Positions 15,448-24,678 of a stretch of DNA of 64,000 nucleotides are shown here, one piece after another. The position numbers were made by a program, and so were the translations under genes. The stretch's first letter is position 1, and every line of letters starts with the position of its first letter. Where the stretch lies: contig NZ_JBBIHK010000005.1 of NCBI RefSeq assembly GCF_037447015.1, forward strand, positions 15,437 to 79,436, given 5' to 3'. The DNA is from Nitrososphaera sp. (GTDB lineage: Archaea > Thermoproteota > Nitrososphaeria > Nitrososphaerales > Nitrososphaeraceae). Under the pieces are notes generated by a model that was given only the letters and a program-made list of their open reading frames with translations, had not been told where the DNA came from and made no database searches.

Positions 15448-16452
15448 CACTACGCGGATCTCTTTTTCTCCGTTCTCCACTCTGACGACTAGCGAACCGT
15501 CGCCGGCGACATCCACTGCCGTGCCGCGTATAGGCTTTTTGCCCTGCTGCTGCGATATAGTCACCTGTTTGCCCAGCATGTCAGACCTCTTTTTCCATTC
15601 CTCCATCACGGCCCGCTGTCCCCCCTCTCCCTCCTTCTCATTTTCTTCCAGCATCAGAAAGTAATAGTGCTCTAGCTTTTCAAGGAGCGCCCCTGTCAGG
15701 CGGAGCCTGTTTATGTCGTGGCCGGCCTCCTGCGCAAGCGAGGTTATCCCCGGCCTCCCTTCCCTGCCCTCGATTTTCAGTTTCGACGTATCGACGTTTG
15801 CGTTTATGCCGATGCCCACGACGGCGTAGTTGACGGTCTCGGCCTCGGCGCTCAGGTCAAGCAATATCCCGGCCACCTTTTTGCCTGCGACCATCACGTC
15901 GTTTGGCCACTTTAGCGTGGCGTTGATTTTTGCCTCTTGGCGGATGGCGTCGCACACTGCCACTGCCGCAGCAAACGGCAGCATCGTGCTTGCCGCAGTC
16001 GGTATCGGCGGCCGCAGCACGACAGACAGCCATATCCCGCCCCTTGGCGAGACCCAGCGCCGCTTCATCCTCCCACGGCCGCCGCTCTGCTGCTCGGCAA
16101 TGACCACCAGCCCCTCGTCTTCGCCCTTTTCTGCAAGCGCAATTGCAATCGCCTGGGTCGAAGTCGCCATCTCGCGGTAGACTATTTTCTTTTTGCCAAG
16201 GACCTTGTTAGTATGCAAGAGCCGTCCAAGCTCCCACGGCACAGGATACTCGGTGCCGCCTGCCAGCCTGTAGCCCTTGCCGTGCAGCGACTGGATATCG
16301 TAGCCGCATCTGCGCAGCCTGCGTATGTGCTTCCAGACTGCGCTCCTTGAAATCCCCGCTTTTCTGGCAAGCGTCTGGCCCGACGAGTAGCCGGCCGAGT
16401 CCTGCAGGACCGAAATAAAGTCTTCCAGCCTGTCAGCAGAAGTTCTTGGCAT
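15379..16452 (-). CDS. birA: bifunctional biotin-protein ligase / repressor BirA
   Basis: N-terminal HTH (GQTLARKAGISRSAVWKHIRRLRRCGYDI). Ligase motif QQSGGRGRMKRRWVSP and KWPNDV. Confidence 0.9.
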   Translation of the reverse strand: MPRTSADRLEDFISVLQDSAGYSSGQTLARKAGISRSAVWKHIRRLRRCGYDIQSLHGKGYRLAGGTEYPVPWELGRLLHTNKVLGKKKIVYREMATSTQAIAIALAEKGEDEGLVVIAEQQSGGRGRMKRRWVSPRGGIWLSVVLRPPIPTAASTMLPFAAAVAVCDAIRQEAKINATLKWPNDVMVAGKKVAGILLDLSAEAETVNYAVVGIGINANVDTSKLKIEGREGRPGITSLAQEAGHDINRLRLTGALLEKLEHYYFLMLEENEKEGEGGQRAVMEEWKKRSDMLGKQVTISQQQGKKPIRGTAVDVAGDGSLVVRVENGEKEIRVVSGDVMVAGGSSSSSSGGVSTSQ

Positions 16453-16744
16453 GCATGCACATTATTTCGTGCGGTATAATAATCAATTAATTATTTGAGA
16501 ATATCGCTTCTACCAAGCGTCTAATGCAACAAAAGCGTTGCATAACTTGTTGCACAAGCGCGGAGCTTCGAGCTAGTCCCGAAAATCCACAGACACTAAA
16601 CTTCTTTGCAAAGATTCATCAAGTATTACTAACAATTTTTCCGACTTTATTATCTGTTATTTGGTATATCTATCCCCCTACCACGTCACTGTTTCTTCTG
16701 TCAGTTCTTGGTGATGCTACAATCAAGGAGATGATGGATACCTA

Positions 16745-18088
16745 GTGGCTCAGTCATTTGTACAGAGAAAGAAGAGCCGCCTGCGTGTCAAGGGTCTGAA
16801 AGTAAAGGACAGAGAGAAGATCAAAGAAGCTATTGCAATTAGCGTCCAGAACGGCAACTATACAACTAGGGAAATAGGCTTGGACATTGGCAAGGATCAC
16901 ACCACCGTCTCACGCTATCTGACAGAGATGGAAAAGGAAGAAGGTAAATGGGGCATCAGACGCGATGCCAATGGCAACATCGTCATCTCGCTGCAAAAGC
17001 AGCTGGCACAGGAATACAGGCGCCTTGAAAGAGGCGGCGAACCATTCAACCAGCTGCCATCTATACAGAAATGGATAACGTATCTAAAGTCGGGCGGCAT
17101 ACCAGCAACGCGCATCCAGTACATGGTAAACGTCATTCACGGAATCTCGGACCAGCTGATGGTCATGCCAGAGACACTGGTCAGCCACGGAGTACCAATT
17201 GACTCGGCAAGGAGAAAAGAGATAGCTATAGAGTATTGGCGCAATTTCCTTGCATGGTTTAATAGCGCGTATCCTCGGATGCAAAAAACAGGCGCCATCA
17301 ATGTTTATAGAAGCTTTTTGTCAGCTCACAGCGTCAACTTTGCCCATGGCGAAGGCAAGAGGTACGGTCTGTCAACGACTCCTGAGAGGCTCGGAGAATA
17401 CAAAGAAATTATGCTCACGCCAGAGCAGATTGCTGCCATAAACAAACGCCTTGAAAAAGAGAGTGACTGGGAATCCTGGTCGTTTATGAACATCGACCTG
17501 CACACTGGAGCCAGGGCATTTGCAATGGCGTCGATGAACTGGGACAGGATAGCTTTCTCACCTTTATTCAGAGTAGAGCAGTTTGAACCGAAGGTAAAGC
17601 GTGGTGACTGGTACCTGACAAAGGAAGGCAAGTGGTGGGTCAAGTATCCTACAGAAGAGTGCAGGGCTGTTGTCGAGACCGCGCATGACAGGCTGCCAAA
17701 GAAAGAGAGATTTCTGTTTTTTGATGATGCCGGCAGCGACAAGGCAAATGCCCTGCAAGCTTCTTATGTCATGTCAAGGATGGCTGTCAAGTTCAAAAAG
17801 GTATTTTCGGAGCTCGACAAAGCAAGTTGGATTAATGAAAAGACTAGAATATACGCACTAGGGGACGAAGTATACTTTAACGGACACCCTTTGCATTTGT
17901 TAAGGCATACAATGGCACAGTACTATTTGGTAGCCACGAATTGGTCGTTAGCTTATGTGGCAAGCTTGGGCGGGTGGGAGAACACGGAAGTATTGAACAA
18001 GTGTTATGGTGGCATTCCAGAGCACGTTAAAGCACAGATGGCAAAGTCTATTCATGCCAGATTTGATGTTCTTCTTAACCTTCAATAA
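16745..18088 (+). CDS. tyrosine recombinase / phage-type integrase with N-terminal wHTH
   Basis: 447 aa. Catalytic signature elements are DLHTGARAFA (Arg), HLLRHTMAQY (His-x-x-Arg) and LGGWENTEVLNKCYGG (Trp/His ... Tyr). N-terminal HTH is TTREIGLDIGKDHTTVSRYL. Confidence 0.85.
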   Translation: MAQSFVQRKKSRLRVKGLKVKDREKIKEAIAISVQNGNYTTREIGLDIGKDHTTVSRYLTEMEKEEGKWGIRRDANGNIVISLQKQLAQEYRRLERGGEPFNQLPSIQKWITYLKSGGIPATRIQYMVNVIHGISDQLMVMPETLVSHGVPIDSARRKEIAIEYWRNFLAWFNSAYPRMQKTGAINVYRSFLSAHSVNFAHGEGKRYGLSTTPERLGEYKEIMLTPEQIAAINKRLEKESDWESWSFMNIDLHTGARAFAMASMNWDRIAFSPLFRVEQFEPKVKRGDWYLTKEGKWWVKYPTEECRAVVETAHDRLPKKERFLFFDDAGSDKANALQASYVMSRMAVKFKKVFSELDKASWINEKTRIYALGDEVYFNGHPLHLLRHTMAQYYLVATNWSLAYVASLGGWENTEVLNKCYGGIPEHVKAQMAKSIHARFDVLLNLQ

Positions 18089-18583
18089 CCAACGTTGATG
18101 GATATTGATATTGTAGGTTCTATTCATAGACAGGAGCGGTCTTGCATGCTGTAGCCGCTGGTTATCTTGTGCCTTATCTTGTCGAGTTTTGTGCCAGTTC
18201 TCAACCTGCATTTTATGCATCAAAATTACTGGTGCTTCTGTGAGCGAAAAGCCGCAAAAACCGGCAGATTTTGAAATAATAACATTGTTAGTTGCAGGGA
18301 CATCTATCACCCGCAATTTCTGAGTAGTAAGGCGAAGCTCATGGCATTGGGCCTCTATCTCTTGACTGTGTAAAGGGCTGCCAGAAGGACCAAGAAAGAG
18401 ACGACGAAAAGGCACAGAAAATGTTCGAGTCAGGAGCGTTTACGCTGCCAGATGCGCCCACAGGTCAAGCTGACGGCAAATTAAACTAATTTTATTGCTA
18501 GACTCTGCTGTTTGAGCTCTTGCTTTTTCCGGTCCTGAGGAAACAGTCAAAATCTTGCTCTCAATGAAAAACCACGACTAGAT

Positions 18584-19024
18584 TCAGTATTTCAGTATTT
18601 CAATAGTTGCAGCTTCCAAAATAGACTCAAAGCCCTTGCTTACCGACTGGTTCCTCAGGTACTTGGCAAAATCAGTATTAGTGATGATTCCGACTATCTC
18701 TTTAGAGACCGGATCCTTGACCAGAAGGTGACGGACTTTATTTTTCAGCATGATGTCAGAAGCCTGTTCCATGGGTGTATTGGCATCGACATATACTAGT
18801 GGCGGAGATATGGCAATAATCCTATCAGGCTGCAGATCGCGCGAGATAATCCTCACGATATCGCGTTCTGTGAAAATTCCTATGATGTCGTTATTGTCAT
18901 CCGTTATCAGTACTGAGCTGACGTTGTTCTTGTCCATCAATTTCGCTATATCTTTAGCAGTGCTCCTGATATTGATTGTAACCAGCCGTTCATTCATGTA
19001 CCGTTCAACAGTAGTTTGGTTCAT
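18584..19024 (-). CDS. CBS-pair domain protein
   Basis: Two CBS motifs (VSSVLITDDNNDIIGIFTERDIVR and VRHLLVKDPVSKEIVGIITNTDFAK). ATG at 19024 is preferred over the track start at 19069. Confidence 0.8.
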   Translation of the reverse strand: MNQTTVERYMNERLVTINIRSTAKDIAKLMDKNNVSSVLITDDNNDIIGIFTERDIVRIISRDLQPDRIIAISPPLVYVDANTPMEQASDIMLKNKVRHLLVKDPVSKEIVGIITNTDFAKYLRNQSVSKGFESILEAATIEILKY

Positions 19025-19286
19025 GATAGCTAGTACTGAGAGTATCCGTGCATATAAGCTGAATAGCATATGTTTCGTCGCAGGTCATCATTCTTTTTGC
19101 AACCACAGTAGAAGATGGTGGGATGTATACCGAGGAAATTTAGCGAATAAGTAACACGCGTATATATCATGATAGAAAATCAAGATAGGGACTATTGCGT
19201 ATTATCAGGTTTCTTGATAACGACAAGCTTTTACCTTACAAAAAAAGAAAGGAGATGGCAAATTCTGTTACATTAGGCTAAATTTC

Positions 19287-19829
19287 TCATTTTACTTCTA
19301 CTTTGGTGCTTTCTTCTTCCACTTTTGTAGGAGTCTTCTTTGGCAGCTTTACGTTCAGGATTCCGTTACTCATTTTGGCTTCTATTTTTGACGGCACTAT
19401 CTCTTCAGGTATCGGAACTCTGCGGTAAAATGATCTATACGACCTTTCATTATAGACGTAATTCTTTGCCTTTTCTTCTGTCTTTTCCTTCTGTTCGCCA
19501 GTAATCTCGATAGAATGCTTTGTGGCTTTGACATCGATCTTTTCTTTTTCAATTCCTGGCACTTCGACTGATAGCTCATAGTGATCTCCCTTGTCCACCA
19601 TGTCGCACAATGCCTTTCTTATTGCTGTCTGGCCTTCCTCGAACAGGGATGGGAATTCAAAATTCCAATCAAACGGTGAGGACCATGGACGCACGAGTGT
19701 TCTTTCTACTTCACGTCTAAAGTTGTCAAAAATGCTGTCCAGTCTTCTTAGGGCCAAAAATCTGTTTTCCTCTGCTACTTTTGACTCGTTTCTTTTGGAG
19801 ATATCATCAGTTTTTTCGGACGATGTCAT
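19287..19829 (-). CDS. small heat-shock protein (Hsp20/alpha-crystallin)
   Basis: Alpha-crystallin domain: DMVDKGDHYELSVEVPGIEKEKIDVKA ... ERSYRSFYRRVPIPEE ... AKMSNGILNVKLPKK. Confidence 0.9.
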   Translation of the reverse strand: MTSSEKTDDISKRNESKVAEENRFLALRRLDSIFDNFRREVERTLVRPWSSPFDWNFEFPSLFEEGQTAIRKALCDMVDKGDHYELSVEVPGIEKEKIDVKATKHSIEITGEQKEKTEEKAKNYVYNERSYRSFYRRVPIPEEIVPSKIEAKMSNGILNVKLPKKTPTKVEEESTKVEVK

Positions 19830-19880
19830 ATGCAGAGAGAGAAATGCTCGTTGTTATTTTAGTTCTAAGAACATAGTGCA

Positions 19881-19891
19881 ATGCAGTGCAT
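19881..19891. promoter_or_regulatory. palindrome ATGCAGTGCAT in the sHsp/USP divergent promoter
   Basis: ATGC-N3-GCAT, preceded by GTGCA. It lies 52 nt from the sHsp start (19829) and 40 nt from the USP ATG (19931), between two TATA-like boxes. Confidence 0.55.
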
Positions 19892-19930
19892 ACATATTGC
19901 ACATATACGCAGGGTTTGAAAAATTGCAAC

Positions 19931-20431
19931 ATGTCTAAAACAGCTACTTCTACAAAAGCTCAAACCGTAGCTGGGGTGTCCAAGATTCTCGTGCCTCATG
20001 ACGGCTCAGAAGCATCAGACAAGGCACTCGACAAGGCCATAGAATTTGCCAAGGCACTGGGCTCGGAAATAATCCTTCTCAATGTGGTCGACGACCGCTT
20101 CGTGCCGCCCAGCACAACACTTGCGTTTCTGAGCGAAAAGTCCTCTTTGGAAGACGCCAAGACGCAGATAGTCAGACTGCTAAAGCAGGCTGCAGAGGGC
20201 ATGCTGAAGGACAGGATTCAAAAAGTCACCAATCAGGGCATAAAGATGCGGCACATACTGGCGGTAGGGTCGCCGGCAGAGGAGATAGTGGCCATAGCAG
20301 ACAACGAAAAAGCAAGCCTGATAATTATGGGTTCCAGGCGGCTCTCGACAAAGGAAAAGATAAAGGCACTTGGCAGCGTCGCAAGGAGGGTTTCAGAGAC
20401 ATCCTCCATTCCTGTAATGATAGTGAATTAG
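19931..20431 (+). CDS. universal stress protein (UspA family)
   Basis: KILVPHDGSEASDKALDKAIEFA ... IIMGSRRLSTKEKIKALGSVARRVSETSSIPVMIV contains the ATP-binding G-x2-G-x9-GS motif. ATG at 19931 is about 26 nt after a TATA-like box. Confidence 0.85.
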   Translation: MSKTATSTKAQTVAGVSKILVPHDGSEASDKALDKAIEFAKALGSEIILLNVVDDRFVPPSTTLAFLSEKSSLEDAKTQIVRLLKQAAEGMLKDRIQKVTNQGIKMRHILAVGSPAEEIVAIADNEKASLIIMGSRRLSTKEKIKALGSVARRVSETSSIPVMIVN

Positions 20432-20606
20432 TAGGGACATTTACTACTCAGCAACAACAACAATAACAGCAGAGCAGTGCCAGTCATTTTTTAAAAACAA
20501 TTTTTTGGTTTTTACTCTCAATCAAAGCATGGCGCAAAAAGAAAGAGGGTAAAAGGAGGAAGGAGAGAATAAGAAACAGCAGAGCCTCTGCTTGTTTGTT
20601 TCTTTC

Positions 20607-21248
20607 TTACTCGACCCTTATTTCCTTCCCTTTGGGCTGCTTTTTCTTCCCAAAAGTTATTTCCAGTATGCCGTTGTTGAAGGTTGACTTGGCAGTATCG
20701 GTGTCAGCCTCAGGAGGCAGCTCTATCGTTCGGCGGTACTTTCTCTGCGGCGTTTCTGCCTTTACCTCAATAGACTTGTCGTAGACATTCACCTTGACAC
20801 TGTCTTTGGTGACGCCGGGCATTTCCACAACCACCTTGATGTCTTTGTCTGACGTAACGACGTCTGCAAGTGGCTCCCTCTCAGAAGTAAGCTCTGGTGT
20901 CGTCCCAACACCGCCTGCACCTCCAAGAGACTTGACGTTTCCAAACTCTCTTACCCTTGGCTTTCCATCCGGCCCTATAGTGACAGAATACCCATAGACT
21001 ATCGGGCCTACTTCTCTTACTTTTCCGCCGCCCTCTGTTTCGTACTCACGAACAAGGTCCTTTGGAAGTTTTTCTGTGTCACGGAATGCGTCTTCGAACA
21101 TCTTTTCCATTTCTCTGCGCATTTCTTCAAATTCGCTAAATATGCTGCCGCTTCCTTCCCTTCCAAAGCCAAACCTTGTCATCCTGGCTGGAAAGAATCT
21201 CCTGAACCATTCATCAAATTCTTTATCTTTAGAGCTCATCAAATTCAC
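20607..21248 (-). CDS. small heat-shock protein (Hsp20 family) with long N-terminal arm
   Basis: 213 aa. ADVVTSDKDIKVVVEMPGVTKDSVKVNVYDKSIEVKAE ... KSTFNNGILEITFGKK is an alpha-crystallin domain. The GTG at 21248 fits leaderless geometry, and an alternative ATG lies at 21239. Confidence 0.85.
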   Translation of the reverse strand: MNLMSSKDKEFDEWFRRFFPARMTRFGFGREGSGSIFSEFEEMRREMEKMFEDAFRDTEKLPKDLVREYETEGGGKVREVGPIVYGYSVTIGPDGKPRVREFGNVKSLGGAGGVGTTPELTSEREPLADVVTSDKDIKVVVEMPGVTKDSVKVNVYDKSIEVKAETPQRKYRRTIELPPEADTDTAKSTFNNGILEITFGKKKQPKGKEIRVE

Positions 21249-21299
21249 CTAGCTCAATTGATGCCGCTGTTTGCTCTTAAGCATTTCCAACGCGGTGCC

Positions 21300-21310
21300 A
21301 TGCACAGCAT
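21300..21310. promoter_or_regulatory. palindrome ATGCACAGCAT in the sHsp / small-TM-Cdc48 divergent promoter
   Basis: ATGC-N3-GCAT, preceded by GTGCC. It lies 52 nt from the sHsp start (21248) and 39 nt from the ATG at 21349. Confidence 0.55.
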
Positions 21311-21348
21311 GCGCGTTCTTTTTTTATTCTAATGAACAGGATAATCCT

Positions 21349-21582
21349 ATGAACAAGAGGACACTAGATGCCTTGACAAGATGGGTTCCGCTGAGCGCAG
21401 TAGCATCAGGCCTGTCATTGGCTATTGGCTCAATACTCAACATCCCACAGATGAGCACGGTTATGGCAGCAACTGTCGCAGGAGTTACAGTATTTGCGGG
21501 CTTTGCCATGAGGTCTTATGGTAAGGGATCCAAAGAGTACTATGAAGGTGCTCAAGAGAAACAGGGCACGATTAGCTCCTAG
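21349..21582 (+). CDS. small membrane protein (two predicted TM helices)
   Basis: MNKRTLDALTRWVPLSAVASGLSLAIGSILNIPQMSTVMAATVAGVTVFAGFAM plus a charged tail. The ATG is about 26 nt after the T-rich TATA box, and the gene ends 39 nt upstream of Cdc48. Confidence 0.55.
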   Translation: MNKRTLDALTRWVPLSAVASGLSLAIGSILNIPQMSTVMAATVAGVTVFAGFAMRSYGKGSKEYYEGAQEKQGTISS

Positions 21583-21621
21583 TTATTAGTGAGAGAATAG
21601 TAGGAGGAGATGTAAACTATC

Positions 21622-23895
21622 ATGCCAGACAATAACAATAATAACGCGGATAAACAGAAAGGAAGTAAAACGAGTTTTTCTTTACGCGTGGCTGAAGCTT
21701 CTGGAAAAGATGTCGGAAGAAAAATCGCCAGAATAGATCCAAAAGTTACGGAAGAACTTGGAATTGCTACAGGCGACGCAGTAGAGATATCTTCTGCCGG
21801 CGGTGGCCGCAAAACCACAGTTCTAAACTGGCCTGCATACCAGCAGGATCGTGGTAAAGGCCTAATCCGCATCGACGGCTATGTAAGAAACAAGCTTGGC
21901 GTGGGAATCAACGACACTGTCGAGGTCAAAAAGGTGGCCGCAAGGCAAGCCGGAAAAGTCACTCTGGCTCCTACCGAGCCTCTCCGAATAGTCGGGGCCG
22001 AGGAATACTTGACAGGGTTTCTAAGCGGGCAGCTTGTAACAAAGGGCGACACCATTCCTCTGAACATCATGGGCCGGCGCGTCGACTTGGTGGTCATTTC
22101 AACCAATCCGTCAGGTCCTGTAATAATATCTGACTCTACAGAAGTAATGATTTCAGAAGAATCCGCCAAGGCCGCGGCGGCTTTGAAGGAAGGCGGCATG
22201 CCGTCCATAACTTATGAGGACATTGGCGGCTTGAAGAACGAGGTCGCCAAAGTGCGCGAAATGATCGAGCTTCCGCTAAGACACCCGGAGCTGTTCAAAA
22301 GGTTGGGCGTCGAGGCACCAAAGGGAGTCATTCTCCACGGTCCTCCTGGAACGGGCAAGACCCTGCTGGCAAAAGCCGTTGCAAATGAAACGAACGCCAG
22401 CTTTTACACCATCGGCGGACCTGAAATCATGAGCAAGTACTATGGCGAAAGCGAGGAACGATTAAGGAGCATCTTCCAAGAAGCCGAAAAGAATGCCCCC
22501 TCAATCATATTCATTGATGAGCTGGACTCGATCGCCCCAAAGAGGGAAGAAGTGTCCGGCGAGGTGGAAAGGAGAGTGGTAGCGCAGCTGCTGTCGCTGA
22601 TGGACGGACTTGCCTCGCGCGGCAAGGTTGTAGTTATTGGAGCCACCAACAGGATAAATGCAATCGATCCAGCCCTTAGGAGGCCAGGAAGGTTCGACAG
22701 GGAAATAGAGATAGGTGTCCCTGACAGGGACGGCCGTCTAGAAATACTGCAGATCCACACGCGCGGCATGCCCTTTGCAGAAGACGTGAACTTGGAAAAG
22801 CTTGCAGACATCTCGCATGGCTTTGTCGGCGCGGACCTCCAAGCTCTGGCCAGAGAGGCGGCCATGCGCGCGCTACGCAGGGTGCTTCCCGAAATCGACC
22901 TGTCTGCCGAAAGCATTCCCGGCGAGACTCTCAGCAAGATAGTAGTCAAGATGCAGGACTTTATGGACGTCATAAAGGAGATGGAGCCCTCTGCAATGAG
23001 GGAAGTGTTTGTAGAAGTCCCAGATGTCAAGTGGGAAGACATCGGCGGCCTAGAAGACGTAAGGCAGGAGCTCATGGAAGCCGTTGAATGGCCCCTGAAG
23101 TACCAGGGCGTGTTTTCCTATGCAGATGCAACGCCGCCAAAGGGGATCCTGCTCTATGGTCCGCCTGGAACCGGCAAGACTCTGCTGGCAAAAGCGGCAG
23201 CAAACGAAAGCGAGGCCAACTTTATCAGCATCAAGGGCCCAGAGCTTTTGAGCAAGTGGGTTGGCGAGTCAGAAAAGGGAGTGAGGGAGGTATTCAGAAA
23301 AGCAAGGCAGGCAGCTCCTTGCATAATATTCTTTGACGAAATAGATGCCATAGCGCCTACGAGGGGCGGGGCGGGACTTGGAGGAGACTCGCACGTTACA
23401 GAGCGCGTGATCAGCCAGATGCTGACCGAGCTTGATGGCCTCGAAGTGCTGACAAACGTGGTAGTAATTGCCGCAACCAACAGACCGGACATTGTAGATC
23501 CTGCGCTGCTGAGACCGGGCAGGTTCGACAGGCTGCTGTACATCGCCCCACCAGACCGAAACGCAAGGCTTCAAATAATAAAAATCCACACGAGAAAGAA
23601 ACCCTTGGCCGCGGATTTCGACATTGAAAAGCTGGCATCCATGACTGACGGGTACACGGGGGCCGACATTGCGGCTCTGTCTTCTGCTGCCGTGATGCTT
23701 GCCCTCAGAGAACACATCTCAAAATACAAAGACCCAAAAGAAGCCGAGAAGAACGCCAAAGAGCTCAAGATACACATGAAGCATTTTGAAGAGGCAATGA
23801 AAAAGATAAGGCCGCTGTCAGCGCAAGAGCTTGAAATGTACAAGAATGTTGCAGAGAGGTTCAGCAACGTAAAGCCCTCGTCTTATCAAAGATGA
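21622..23895 (+). CDS. cdc48: Cdc48/VCP-type AAA+ ATPase (copy 1, low-GC)
   Basis: 757 aa. It has an N-domain, two Walker A motifs ([13 protein letters not shown] twice), Walker B motifs ([16 protein letters not shown]) and second-region-of-homology arginines ([22 protein letters not shown]). Confidence 0.95.
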   Translation: MPDNNNNNADKQKGSKTSFSLRVAEASGKDVGRKIARIDPKVTEELGIATGDAVEISSAGGGRKTTVLNWPAYQQDRGKGLIRIDGYVRNKLGVGINDTVEVKKVAARQAGKVTLAPTEPLRIVGAEEYLTGFLSGQLVTKGDTIPLNIMGRRVDLVVISTNPSGPVIISDSTEVMISEESAKAAAALKEGGMPSITYEDIGGLKNEVAKVREMIELPLRHPELFKRLGVEAPKGVILHGPPGTGKTLLAKAVANETNASFYTIGGPEIMSKYYGESEERLRSIFQEAEKNAPSIIFIDELDSIAPKREEVSGEVERRVVAQLLSLMDGLASRGKVVVIGATNRINAIDPALRRPGRFDREIEIGVPDRDGRLEILQIHTRGMPFAEDVNLEKLADISHGFVGADLQALAREAAMRALRRVLPEIDLSAESIPGETLSKIVVKMQDFMDVIKEMEPSAMREVFVEVPDVKWEDIGGLEDVRQELMEAVEWPLKYQGVFSYADATPPKGILLYGPPGTGKTLLAKAAANESEANFISIKGPELLSKWVGESEKGVREVFRKARQAAPCIIFFDEIDAIAPTRGGAGLGGDSHVTERVISQMLTELDGLEVLTNVVVIAATNRPDIVDPALLRPGRFDRLLYIAPPDRNARLQIIKIHTRKKPLAADFDIEKLASMTDGYTGADIAALSSAAVMLALREHISKYKDPKEAEKNAKELKIHMKHFEEAMKKIRPLSAQELEMYKNVAERFSNVKPSSYQR

Positions 23896-23957
23896 GGGCG
23901 CGCAAGCTAGCAAACGTCGGATCGCATAGAAATTTCTGACCTGCCACTGATGATAGA

Positions 23958-24185
23958 GTGAGCAAAGAAATTATGTCTGCGGACAAAGAAGCAGCCGAAC
24001 GTCACCGAAATAGGAGTAATCTGCTCCTAGCAGGACTGGGGTTCATGGCGGCAGTTATGTTATGGAGGGCGGCGTGGGAGATCACTGCAGAATTGATGTC
24101 TCCATATGAGAGTCTGATCATTGGTCTGGTCCTGCTTGCCGGAATTGCCTATATCGAAAGAGACTTTATCTACAGGCTATTCTAG
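23958..24185 (+). CDS. small membrane protein (two predicted TM helices)
   Basis: 75 aa. LLLAGLGFMAAVMLWRAAW and LIIGLVLLAGIAYI. Co-oriented with and 62 nt downstream of Cdc48. Confidence 0.5.
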   Translation: MSKEIMSADKEAAERHRNRSNLLLAGLGFMAAVMLWRAAWEITAELMSPYESLIIGLVLLAGIAYIERDFIYRLF

Positions 24186-24303
24186 GTCTGCCCTACTGAC
24201 TTGCTCATTCCGACATGGCATTTCTTGCTAACCGCAGAGGCAGGCAGGGAGGACGCAGGCGTATATGATGCGGAAGCAATTTTAGACATCTGAGAAATGG
24301 GCA

Positions 24304-24576
24304 TTATCGTTCAATGTACTCGTCTACCTCTTCGATAACCTTTACGACTCTTGCAGTTTTGAACAAATGCCAATGCGTCAGAAAATACTCCTTGGCGCGG
24401 TCCTTTGATAGGAATAAAAAAGGCCCAAAATCGCGCCATTCATTCCTGTTGTCAATGTACTGGATCTTGTACCTTACAGAGATTATTTTTTCATTTTGAG
24501 ACTCCAATGATGCTATGCGCTTTATGCTACTAGAAATATTTTCTGTAGAACACAGGGTAATAATGCTGATTATCAA
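24304..24576 (-). CDS. hypothetical protein
   Basis: 90-aa ORF in an A+T-rich stretch where long ORFs are not expected by chance. No motif recognised. Confidence 0.4.
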   Translation of the reverse strand: MIISIITLCSTENISSSIKRIASLESQNEKIISVRYKIQYIDNRNEWRDFGPFLFLSKDRAKEYFLTHWHLFKTARVVKVIEEVDEYIER

Positions 24577-24678
24577 ATACCGGATAGTGCATCGCGCGAG
24601 CTATCCGCCAACTTATTAGAATGCACTCCATCATATTTTCTGAGAATGAAAAAATCTCCTTTGCAGGTAGGCTAGTAT

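Noticed and set aside
17948-18415. 155-aa minus-strand ORF overlapping the 3' end of the integrase gene and the non-coding gap 18089-18583
   Set aside because: It has no motifs, overlaps a well-supported gene and has odd composition. The gap may hold regulatory DNA, such as the tandem TTATCTTGT repeats at 18163-18183, rather than a gene.
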